A stretch of 64,000 nt of DNA from Blepharisma stoltei ATCC 30299 (Eukaryota; Protista; Ciliophora): contig CBFDEM010000054.1 of NCBI GenBank assembly GCA_965603825.1, forward strand, positions 558,001 through 622,000. The letters are read 5' to 3'. Positions 36,024 through 47,561 of the stretch are shown piece after piece. The notes under the pieces were generated by a model. That model saw only the letters and a program-made list of their open reading frames with translations. It had not been told where the DNA came from and searched no databases. Each line of letters opens with the position of its first letter. The first letter of the stretch is position 1. A program made the position numbers and the translations under genes.

Positions 36024-36923
36024 TTATTCTTTTTTCTCTTCTTCTGCTGCCAATTTACGTTGTGGCTCGACTTCTGCAATGCGGATGTTTGCGGTGCCTA
36101 TTTGTGCTTGGATAAGAGGGTCATTCCAAGGTCCTGCGTTACTCATAAGGCAGCCTACTTGACAATTGCAATTACCTCCTAAGAATTGTGGAACGTTATC
36201 TGCAGGGGCAAGTTCTAATAATTTTTTTTGGAATTTGCTGCCTTCAGTACTGATTTTTTGTTGAGTTCTCTCATCAAGCCATGGTCTTATCACTTTCCAA
36301 GCCATCGAGAACAGTGTTGGAGTATTCACAATAAACATCCTTCCAAGCATTTCTGGGTAGTAATCCTGACCAATTTTAGAAGCCATCTGCACAAACTTGT
36401 ACACCTTCTTGCTCATCAGCTTCATAGAAGACCCTCCCAGGTCCAAAATCGTCAACGACTGCTCTACAGGATGTCCTGCAGCTACTGCACATGCTGGAAT
36501 TGTTATACTAAGCATAGTTTCATACGATTTAACGAAGTATCTTAGCATCCTATCTTCTGTCGTAATTTCAAACAGCCTCTTTAAATCGAGCGCCCCAATC
36601 CTTTCTATATAAATAGGTCTCCCATGTGAATCCGTCTTATGAAAGCCATGAGGATAGCACGTTTTTACCTGTTCAAGCTCTGGAAACTCATAAGACATGA
36701 TTTGGTCGACTTGGAACTCTTCTCTCCACTTTAGATAATTTTGGAACATCTCCATCGCTTTATCAAAGTTGAACTTTCTGGCACGTAGAAATCTGCCTAA
36801 GGTATGGTCATCAAAATTTCCTCCCAGTGCTTCTTTGAATCGGACAAGAACTTGGCGCTCTTCTGGGGTTAGAGTTCCTAGAAGGGTAGGTAGAGGAGTT
36901 GTCAGCTGTTTACGCTCTTCCAT
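36024..36923 (-). CDS. SEC14: SEC14-family phosphatidylinositol transfer protein (CRAL-TRIO-N + CRAL-TRIO)
   Basis: RFLRARKF, YPHGFHKTD..GRPIYIE, QDYYPEMLGRMFIVN.P, PWLDERT..KI, VPQFLGG.C, S..GPW. Confidence 0.96.
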   Translation of the reverse strand: MEERKQLTTPLPTLLGTLTPEERQVLVRFKEALGGNFDDHTLGRFLRARKFNFDKAMEMFQNYLKWREEFQVDQIMSYEFPELEQVKTCYPHGFHKTDSHGRPIYIERIGALDLKRLFEITTEDRMLRYFVKSYETMLSITIPACAVAAGHPVEQSLTILDLGGSSMKLMSKKVYKFVQMASKIGQDYYPEMLGRMFIVNTPTLFSMAWKVIRPWLDERTQQKISTEGSKFQKKLLELAPADNVPQFLGGNCNCQVGCLMSNAGPWNDPLIQAQIGTANIRIAEVEPQRKLAAEEEKKE

Positions 36924-37171
36924 TGTTTATTGGCTTAATAAACCAATAAACAATGGAAGAGCATAAGCAACAAACGATTCCGCTGCCCGCACTCCTAGGA
37001 ACACTAACGTCTGAAGAGCGGCAAATACTGCTGAGATTTAAAGAGTCCTTGGGGGGAAATTTTGATGATGATACCTTAGGCAGATTTCTTCGTGCAAGAA
37101 AATTCAAATTTGATAAAGCAATGGAGATGTTTCAAAATTACTTAAAGTGAAGAGAAGAATTTGGAGTTGAT
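36705..37171. repeat. Inverted repeat centred on 36938 (about 233-bp arms): first 73 codons of SEC14 duplicated head to head
   Basis: Arms align codon for codon with no gaps; perfect 20-bp inverted repeat at 36914-36933 / 36943-36962. Confidence 0.97.
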
Positions 37172-40100
37172 GGTAAGCGAATTTATGAGCATCTAGAGAC
37201 AATGGCGTTCGGCGGGGTAATAAAAGAACCATTAACTCTTTGGGACATAGTAAATGCTCTGCCAAAAAAATCAATAGCACAATTTGTATTTCAGCTGCTA
37301 GCAAATAATAATTTTGAGTATCAATCAATGCAGACTGCAATTAAGCTTTTGCAAGCCCTTATCACCCCTGATAGGTCAAATTCACCATTCAGCTATTTTT
37401 ATTTTCCAGGACCAGGTTGCGGTTTACAGTTAAACCCAGAAGATTTTCAAATTTTCCCGTTCCAAAAAGCAATTTCAGCTTGTTTTTGGATAAGACTTGA
37501 AGACCTAAACTTAAACACCCCTTCAACTTTAATGCTATTTCACTCACAAGGAAATGGCGGGATTGAAGCATATTTTATTGGAAACAAGCTTTATTATAGA
37601 GTGCTTGGCGTTGATTATTCCCCACCAGTAGAAGGCTCTAATGGAATTTTGCTTCACGAATTCCAGCCTGAAGATTGGACATTTCTAGCATTTGAGCACG
37701 AAAAACCCAAAGTTGGGAAATATCAGTTAAGAGTGGTAGTAAATGGAGAAGAAGTGCTGAATTCTCCGATGGATTACCCAAAATTCAAATCTCCGAACCC
37801 TATTTTGACGCAAGCTGCGTTTTGTCTAAGCTTTATAGGCCAAATCAAGTGCATCATGATTTTTGATGACTTGATTTCTGTGCAACGGATGAAGTCAATA
37901 TACCAAAAATCGAATGGAGCTATCTCACAAGGTCATGAAGCAATAAAAGCACTAGTTCGAGGAATTGATAAAAATTTGAATAAAAAGCTTGTGCTTTTTT
38001 ATCATCCACTCAGGACGAATAATAATATAGCTTATGATGGAGTTAGAAAAGCAGATGCCAAGTTTCTAGGAGGAACTGGGGTCAAGCTAGTAAATCAAAG
38101 TAGAATGTCATGCTTTGGTGGGGTCTGTGCACTCTTACCAATTTTAGAAAAAATAAAAAATATCCCTATAAAAACCTCAGAATTATTAAGTGATTGATTT
38201 GGGCTTCTAATAACATGCTTAAGAGATAGGCCAGAAAATCAAGTCGAAGCTTGTATAATGAAACTTTTTAAAGCCGCCCCTGAACTTCTCTTGCAATTTC
38301 CGCCTAACTCTATAACTGAAGAAATAGTCCAGCAATTAGAAGAAATTTCTCAATTTGTAATGCCTCAATTGCGAGACCAATTAACTGGACATTTACTATG
38401 GTTCTTAGATATTTGGAAAAAAACAGAAAAAAATACTCAGGTAAAATTATTTAAATTATTAAAATCTTTATATACGAAGGCACCAAAGCAACTTAGCAAG
38501 CAGGTTGACATTAAAATGATCCTTGAATTGCTGATATGTCATTATGGAGGAAATGATATGATGGTTTCTGAAGAGCAAAATAAAGAGCAGATATGTGATA
38601 TTGTGTCAGTAATTGAAATTATATTTTTAACAGTTGGAGAAGCTATGGCTGCTGAGATAAATAATATAATTTCTGCACTCTTCGGCAAATCATCTTCCTT
38701 TATTCAAATTCAACTATTGCAACTACTAAAAACTCTTCTTAGTGACAGGCCTGGCGATGTATTCGGCGCTCCAGCTTCAGTTTTTGCTAAAAATTTCATT
38801 GATGCATCAGGTCTTGAGCTTTTGCTATTTTTAATATCATCTTCAGTCTCAGAAGTTAGAACTTTGAGTCTTGCATTAACTGACACCATTTTAAATTACT
38901 CTACCAAGACTCAGATTGCAAGCCATAAAGAAATTTTTGTCTATATAAGTTCAATTGTATTGCCGACTCCTAAAGGCATGAGTGGCTCTTTTAAATATTG
39001 GCAGCATTCCATAATATCACCGCACGATACTTTTCAATCAATAAGTTCAAAAGAGGAAGAATCAGTCGAATTTATTACTTCAAAACTACCATCACTTCAA
39101 ATATCTGATGAAAATATTAAAGGGCCACCTATGTCAAAATTCAAAAAACAAATGAAATTTGGGTTTTTAGATGAAGAAGAGGAAGAAATTAAAGATACAA
39201 AGGAGACTAAATTCGACGAAGAAGAGGAAGATTTTGGGATTAAGCCTCCACCAGCTCCATCATCAAAGAAAAAAATCAGTTTTACTTTTTCTGATCCAAA
39301 ACCGATCGAGGCGCCTCGAGAAGCTCCTAAAAAACAGGGTGGGTTTATATTTGACGAAGATGAAGATGCTCCATTAGCTCCACCACCACCTAAGAAAAAT
39401 ATGAAAATGAGTTTTGATGAAAATGCTTTCTCAGCTCCCAAAAAAGATGCCCAAATCAATTTTGATGAAGAAATTTTAAAAATCCCAGCCTCGAAAAAGG
39501 AGCCAAAAATGAATTTTGAAGAAAATGTCATAGTTGCCCCTCCTCCACCTAAAGGAAAAAAACCAAAAAGGAACTTAATGATTTTTGAAGACGCTGAAGA
39601 AGATATACAATTAACAGAATTACCTATGACTGAGAGATTTATAGAGCCAGAAGTCTCAGAAAGCATTGACTTATCAAAAACTCAAAATTCCTCAAAAATC
39701 GTTAAGTCCTTCAGCCAAGGCAGAAAAATGCCCAAATTTTTATCAGACGAGCTGATTATTGACACAGAAAAAATCAACGAAAATTACACCTTTGGGGGAG
39801 AAAAAGGGGAAGCTATAAAGCCTGAAGATGAAGGAGAAGATGATCCTTTAATTAAAGAAATACGTGACATGGCCAAAGATTGCTTAAAATATATGCACGG
39901 AGAGCTTGCAGTAAACCAAGAATTCCAGTTCTACCCTTTGCCTCCTACATTTCGTCCCCAAACAGTAAGAGGATTAAAAACTATAGATCTATCAAGCACT
40001 TTTAAAAAAGTGTCAGAAAACCACCCAATAATTGAAGAAGTCAGCTCAGAAATGTCCCCTCACGAATCTTTAGCCACTCCAAAGCGACATGAAGAAGATG

Positions 40101-43100
40101 GCGTTTATCATGCAGTTCTTGGAATTGTTCTCAAAAAAACTATTGAAGGTGCTGACATTATTGATGACTCTGACCACATAGAATCTAAATCCGGTTTAAC
40201 TTTATTACAAGAAATCGTATCCCGAGCCTCTTTAGAGCTAAAGCATAAAGCCATGCAAGATATGCTGATGCTTACCAAATGAAACTCTTCTAATTCCTCT
40301 ATTTTAGCCCAAGACGCTGATTGGCATTATTGGTTGCTTAATTTATTATTTGAGACTCCTGAGCATCAAGATGAAGGAATTGCGATTTTTGACTTAGGCT
40401 CAAGAATACATACAATAGTTATGAAACAAGCTATGCTAGCTGACGAAGAAGGCTGGAAACATATAAGGAGACTTATATATTGGTACGAAATGAAGAGAGA
40501 CATAGAAAAAGCCAGAAATATAGTAAAAAGTTTACTAGAAAAACTCAGTGAGTCCTTACAGTCAAACTCTATGGGATGCAGACCTGCACTTGTGTCGACA
40601 CTATGAAAAAATTTGGTAATTACAAGTTATTTGTTAGAAGAGTTTGTGATTTATTCAAAATCAAGGTCAGAGGAGGAGCTTGGGGAGTCATTAATAATGG
40701 CTGACGAATGGGAAGATGCTGCTGTTATGGATCTTTATTTCCAATTGCTTGACCCTATATGGCCAGTAGTCCTTTTTAGCAATAAAGAATCAAAGTATGA
40801 AGAAGAACATATCCAGCTTATTAATACTATAGAAAAAGCTGCACAGACAGCGTTCAAGACTGATATTCAGCTGCTTATTTTTGAACCTCCAGGAGAGCTC
40901 AAGCCAAGAGGACTATTTATTAAAACAATCATGCACTTGGCCTGCATGAGCGTAAAAGCTAGCACTAATGAAGAACAGACAAAGCTTTGGCTGTCTATTG
41001 TGGAAAGGTTGATTAAATTTATATTGCTGGTGTCTGAAGCAGGGAAAAAACAAATGCAAAGCCAGACGACAAAAGTTCTTAATGCATGCATTTTATATAC
41101 AGTTGGATTCTTTGCTTCTTATTTAGACGAGCTCAGAGAAGATCAGAAAACACAGCATATTCAAACATCGGTCACAAATATTTTGAAATATATTTTTACA
41201 GTCTACATATCAAGCTTAAAATCAGGCCAAAATCAAGGATTTAAAGGATTTTTAAGATCTGGCTTTGTTTCTACAACAGTAAGTGAAGATGTTGCTACAA
41301 TAATTCTGCAATATTTATCTGACACTGATATGGATCGCTTAGAAAGCATGATGGCTGACAATTTTGAAACTCTTGACTATCTAATCACCACTGACGACTG
41401 GAAATTCGCTTTAATATCGGCAGCTTCCCAAGTAAACGACCAATTTGATAACAAAATTAGAACGAAAAATATTTGTCAGCATAGAGAAAAAGTCGCAGAA
41501 AAACTTAGCAAGGAGTGAGACGCATTAAGCAAACAAGTTGAGGAAACCAATACAAGAATAAATAACCATGTGCAGAAAATTGCTAACGATAAATCAAGTG
41601 ATGAAGAAAGGAAAATAAATAACGCAATTATCTATAATGAAGAAAGAACGAGGCAAAGGAAGCATATGCTGAATAAAAGAATGAGACTTTTAACTGAATG
41701 GAGAGGGCCGTGGCATGTTGAACAAGAAATCAAACTTGAGCCTTGCCAGCTAATGGATTGGCAATACACTCGACCCATTCTAAAAATAAGATCAGATAAA
41801 TTCAAGCCTTTTATGAAACAAGAACAAGTACAAATTTCAGAAAATCCCAATTTATTAAAAGAGCTTTCGCCAATTATTTTAAGGAAAGCTTCAGAAATTG
41901 AATATGAAGAAGATGATAAATCTATGAACACTGAGTCTGAAGAGCCAAGTGCGAGAGCTTCATTAAAGCCAAAAATTGACTCTTCTTTAGCTTCTATTTT
42001 AAGCCATGAAAGTTTTAGTATCCAATCAGAAGTCGGAATTATTAATACATTAACAGTGAGATATGGAATACTTCAGCTCATTACATCAAAAAAAGAACAA
42101 AAATTGCGGTTCATTTATGACCCAGAAGTCAGGCACAAATTTCAATCAAATGTAGAGCTTTTCGAGCATTCAGCATCACCAAATAAATCATATATAAAAG
42201 ATTGGAATGTAGAATCTTTGGATGTAGTTTTTCCGAAAACCTATGTAATGAGAAATACAGCCGCTGAGTTTTTCTTTAATGATGGCAGAAGTGTATTAAT
42301 AAACTTTACTAATCCTAATGAGAGGCATGATTTTGTGAGCCAAATTAAAAAAATAAAGAAAAATGCTGTTAAAAATTTGGAATTTTTCAAAAAACCAAAC
42401 CCAGTAAAATTCATGGCAGAAAGCGGGATGACTGAAAAGTGGATGAATTGGGAAATCAGCAACTTCGAATATTTAATGTATCTGAATTATGCAGCTGGAA
42501 GATCTTATCATGACTTAACACAATATCCAGTTTTTCCATGGGTTATTAATGACTACCAATCTCCTACCATTGACCTTAATAATGAATCTATATATAGAGA
42601 CCTTTCCAAAAACATGGGCAGCTTAGGCTCAGTTGAAAGAGCCCAAAGCTTCAAAGAGAGATTTTCTTCATTTGGCTTCCCTGAAGAAATTCCTCCATTC
42701 CATTTCGGCTCTCACTACAGCAACCCTGGAATTGTTTTCCACTATTTATTAAGGCTATTCCCATACTCTGAAGGCGCCCGAGAGCTTCATGGCGGCAAAT
42801 TTGACCTCCCAGACAGACTTTTCAGCTCAATTTCTGAGTCTTATAGGCTTTCTACTGATGATATTGCTGATGTCAGAGAATTAATCCCTGAATTTTATTA
42901 TCTGCCTGAATTTTTGATCAATAAAGAAGACTACGATTTTGGCTTAACACAGCAAGGCAATAAAATTAATAATGTCCAGCTTCCTCCATGGGCGAATTCT
43001 GCTTACGATTTTATCAGAATCAATCGAGAGGCATTAGAATCCGATGTTGTCTCAGAAAGAATCCACAACTGGATAGACCTTATTTTTGGATATAAACAAA

Positions 43101-44410
43101 GAGGCGATGAAGCAGAAAAAGCAATGAACATTTTTTATTATATGACTTATGAGTCTAATATAGATCTAGACAAAATCGAAGACCCTACCCTGCGAGCTTC
43201 TATTGAAGCTCAAATCGTTCACTTCGGAAAAACCCCTTCACAATTATTCAAAAAGCCTCATCCGCAGCGAGAAAATCCCCACAAATTCAGCCCTGGCCCA
43301 ACAGTTATATCTAAAGAAGCCAAACTGAAAATTTATTTCCCTCAATATCGCAAGCCTTTTGATAAGCCTTTTAGCTTCATGAATTATTTTGATCTCCCTG
43401 ACAAAGCTATACTAAAAGCTAAAATGTATAAAGATAAAGAAATCTTCGCAATCAGGAGAAATGGGAATTTAATTAAATATAGCTGGTGGCCTACTCCTAT
43501 GGGTGAATGTAAAACTCCATTTACATGTGCGAATAATAAAGAAATTCAGCTACTAAAGGACCAAAAATCATGGACTATTGAAAATCAAGACAGATCAGCT
43601 ATAGGATTTAACGCCCCAATTGAGATTATGGACCAAGGAAAAATCATAGTGAAAGGAGGGTTTTGGGATGGAAGACTGACGGTCCAGAAAGCAAATGTAA
43701 AGGACCATCCTCATAAATGGTGCCATCATAATACAATTACATGTATTGATATAGATGAAGAAGAAAAAGTAGGGATAACTGGAGGAAAAGATGGAGATGT
43801 ATTGGTCTGGCAAGTTAAAGGAGATACATGGCAGCCTAGATGGCAATATATTGAGCATGATGATCAAGTTATGTCAGTCACTATATGTCAAGAACTTCGG
43901 CTATTTGCAAGCTGTTCTTTGGATGGAACCTGCAATATTTATTCGCTTATGAAAGGCAGACTTATTAGAGTTATCAGTCTTCCAAATTTTTCCCCTATTT
44001 ATATGGTCAAATTTTCCCCAGCGGCTCCTGCAAAAGTAGTGTTATTTTCTTCTCAAGAAAGCTGCTTATACTCATTTTCTATTAATGGAGAACCTTTATA
44101 TAGAGTTCATGAAAGGTGTGTCCATATGACGAGTCCTATTATTTTGAGAAATTTAAACCAACAGGAATTTCTTATTTATGGGACTGAAACTGGAGATATT
44201 GTGATCAGATATGCATCGACACTTGAACCGTTGAGGAGATTTTCAATTACTGGAGGATCTCCTGTGCTGACGTTGATGGCTAATAAAGACCTCAGATTTC
44301 TGCTTGTTGGGTGTGCTGATGGAGAATTGGGCGTATTAACTGATCCTGACGCGACTCTTTTGGTATTGGAAAAGCAATGACAACTTGGAAATGTACTTAA
44401 TCTCGGCTAA
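36953..44410 (+). CDS. BEACH-domain protein (ConA-like, PH, BEACH, WD40) with an N-terminal SEC14 CRAL-TRIO-N segment, 2485 aa
   Basis: Six track ORFs share one frame and are separated only by TGA. Motifs: WEISNFEYLMYLN..AGRSY.DLTQYPVFPWV, HFGSHYS, GKFDLPDRLF, DVRELIPEFY, WIDLIFGYKQRG, FGKTPSQLF; TAA 44408-44410. Alternative start ATG 37202. Confidence 0.9.
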
Positions 44411-44491
44411 TTTTTCATTAATAATATCAATAATTAGAGAAATTCACTTTGTTTGTTAACATAAATTTTACATAGAGAACTCCAAATAAAA

Positions 44492-45583
44492 ATGATTGTG
44501 AACTACAGTAAGCCAGAGATCCTAGCAACATGATTTGAGTCAAGCATTAACCAAAGAAAAGATTTGCTTACATACAGAGATGAAAATCTTATAACACTAA
44601 TAAACTATGTGAATACGAGTTTAATGCTGACATCGGCTGATCAAATCAAGGACGATTATGAGCTACTAGGACTTATTGATACTTATTGAAGTGACCCTGC
44701 TTATATGCAAGTAAGGCCTAGTGCAATTAAAGGCAACAAATTAACAAACCTTATCAGTGAAAAATACCCGGAATTTTTGGTAGGCGAAAAGGTATTTTAT
44801 AATGATGAAGGAAGTGTAGTCAAGATATTTCAAGGAGAAATAAAATCTTGAAAGCATTTTCAGCTGAGCATTTGTATGCTGCTTGAGCAATCATTTTTGA
44901 AATGCCATTATACTAAATTAACAAATCAAGCAGAAAAAATTGCGCAAAAACTTCTTTGCCATGAGAAAGTTCCAATTAAAAAGAAAAAGGATAAGGTTGA
45001 AATTGAAAATCCACCAATAATATATGACGCCTGTAATGTGAGAAAACAGTCAGTTGAAAAAGAAACTCTAAAAAATTTAAATTGTGAAGAAATTGCTTTA
45101 AGTGAAAAATCCATTAGTCTCACAAATGACACATCGCAAGAATCAACAGACAGTTGTAATGAAGTTCAAAACATAATTAATTCGCTTCAAAATCTAACTG
45201 TAGAACCCGAGGTAAATGTTCAGGTTGAGACAGAAGACTACTCGTCATATGACATGAAAAATTTAATTTTTGAAGTTTTTAGTGATATTTCTACACAAGC
45301 TGACACTGACATTGAAAAAGACATATTTGAAACCCTTATTTTTAATGAAAACAGTCTAGGAGGAAGGTCATACAAGCTCAGGAAAATTTATTCCTCTAAA
45401 GCAATTGTATGAGATGAAGAAATGAAGCAGATCCTTAGCAATTCTTATAATGAAATAGAAGTTATGAACGATCCTTATACATCTTTTAACGAATATTCAA
45501 TTGTGAGAGACTACTATCAAAATATACGATACCCCTACCTGAATATGCCTCAAAAATTTTATAATTTTAATCAATTTAGCTAA
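44492..45583 (+). CDS. Hypothetical protein, 363 aa
   Basis: Single frame from ATG 44492 to TAA 45583 with four TGA(Trp). Confidence 0.75.
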
Positions 45584-46393
45584 AGCAATAAAATATATTG
45601 ATTTATAGTGAGTGAAAATTTCTCATATTATTGATTGCTTATCTATTTTATATAAAAAATAAAAAGCCAATTTGAGAAATAGCATCTGCAGCAAAATAAT
45701 TTTAACTTTCTTGATAAAAATAACGATAAAAGCAGCAATTAGCAAGTTAAATTGCTGCTATTATTTATATTAATTCCTTATGAATAAGTTTATTCCGGAT
45801 GTGGAGGCAAGCAAGAAATAAGCAGACTCTACTCTGAAATCAAATTGCTAATATAAAATTAGGATAAACAAAATTGATAGATTATTATAAACAATTTTTA
45901 TTGATATATTTCAAATTTATAATGACTAGTCTAATCAATAGCACATTAAAAGCTTTCGTGATCGAAAATTAATGAAGAGATTTTCATTTGGATTTGAAGA
46001 TACATAATAAATAAGTGTTTCAGTGAATTTTCTTATTCAATTATACATCTATATAAAATTCTCGTCAAATTTTGGTAATCTTTAATGATATATTAATTCT
46101 AGTAAAATTCTAATGAATATTTTTTGCAGCAAAACTTTAAACTCATTAAATTTATAAATAGTTAAAAGTTGAGATTTTAATGCTGGATAAGCTGGAATTT
46201 ATTAAAATTAGTATTTTTTCTCAAAATGCTTCTCCTAATCATAAATTCAATGATGAAAAATAATATTAAATGCAAATTTGATTCTGATAAGAAGTAAAGA
46301 AATATCTTGTTTTTATCAGCTATAAGAAATCATCTTTTCATTAATTCCTAACCTAAATACTTGCAGGTTGTTATAAATATTTTTAATTAATAA

Positions 46394-46768
46394 CTAATTA
46401 TCAACAAAATCTTCCCAAAAACACCTCACCGATTGAAGATGGCTTGAATGAATTTCTGAAATATTTAAAGCATTCTCCAATTGTTTAATTTTGTTGCACA
46501 ATTCTTTTGTCTCATTGCGTTTCCTTTCTGCTTCCTTATCATGCTGTTTAGCTACGCATTGAAGTAGCTGTTTTAAATCTGAGCATGTGTAGGTGAGTGA
46601 TTCTTTTTCTGATTCAAGCTTATCGACCATAGTCTGAAGAAGGTTAATTTTTTTATTCAGAAGAGAATTATCTGAAATATTTATTGTTGTATTTTTAGGA
46701 TTTCCTGAAGGTTCTAGTTTAAGTTCTGCTGGAGCTTTGGATGACCATGAGTTTATAGTTGTTGCCAT
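46394..46768 (-). CDS. Hypothetical small coiled-coil protein, 124 aa
   Basis: ATG-TAG ORF, GC-richer than its flanks, with a heptad pattern. Confidence 0.55.
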   Translation of the reverse strand: MATTINSWSSKAPAELKLEPSGNPKNTTINISDNSLLNKKINLLQTMVDKLESEKESLTYTCSDLKQLLQCVAKQHDKEAERKRNETKELCNKIKQLENALNISEIHSSHLQSVRCFWEDFVDN

Positions 46769-47561
46769 TGTGAAATATGGATTATAAAAAGATATAAGTG
46801 ATGCACTAATTTAGATTTGCCATAGATCTAAAACTAGAGTGATTTAGTATTTATTCCAGAGAAATTTTAGTTTTTACTTATATGAATTTTTTTCGATTGA
46901 CAAAATATTAATACATTATAATTTAAATTATCACAAATTACTTAAATTTTATCTTATTGAAGTTTTTATTAGCTTTCTTTATGCAAATTTTTTTATGAAT
47001 TAAACTTGCAAGTAAAATTTTAATAATCAAAATAATATTTTTATTAAAATCCAATAGACAAACAGTTAATTATCCAAGAGGATATATACATACTAAGCTT
47101 CAATTTTCATTAGGATTTTTTCAAATCTAATTATTTAGAAGTTAGATCGGTAAAATTTATAATAATTTCCTATTTATTATAGACATGGAAAATTCCTGCT
47201 TTTTTGAAGATTTTCAATTGCTAAGCAATCTTGCATAAATGCAATTCAATGCCTTCCAAATCGAAATTTATTGGAAACATAACTTAAAAATGCAAAAAAC
47301 TTTTCTCAGTTTTGCAAAACTATTTTCAAAGGTTTTATATATATAGGCGGATACAAGGCTTATTATTAATTTTACAACAAAATCATCAAATGATATCGTT
47401 TGCCAATTTATTTTTACCAATAAGATTAAAATTTAGCTCTGCTGAAAATGCAAAATTTTTATTTATAAAACCCTATTTGTACTTATTTAAATATACTGTG
47501 ATATGAGTCTTATTATAAAGACTTAACAAATTGATTTCTAATATTTTAATAAAATAAATTT

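Noticed and set aside
36769-37107. Antisense ORFs 36769-36966 (+) and 36910-37107 (-) encoding similar peptides
   Set aside because: These are mirror-image shadows of the inverted SEC14 duplication and have non-ATG starts.
37173-37189. GTAAGCGAATTTATGAG as an intron at the SEC14/BEACH junction
   Set aside because: It is 17 nt, ends in GAG rather than YAG, and its removal would break the otherwise open frame. It cannot be fully excluded without RNA-seq.
37202-44380. Runs of short same-strand ORFs (also 51645-57227) as operons or pseudogene fragments
   Set aside because: They share one frame and are separated only by TGA at Trp-compatible positions, so each run is a single gene.
45731-45759. 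10-bp inverted repeat AGCAGCAATT..AATTGCTGCT
   Set aside because: Short, isolated and without other support; plausible by chance in 64 kb.
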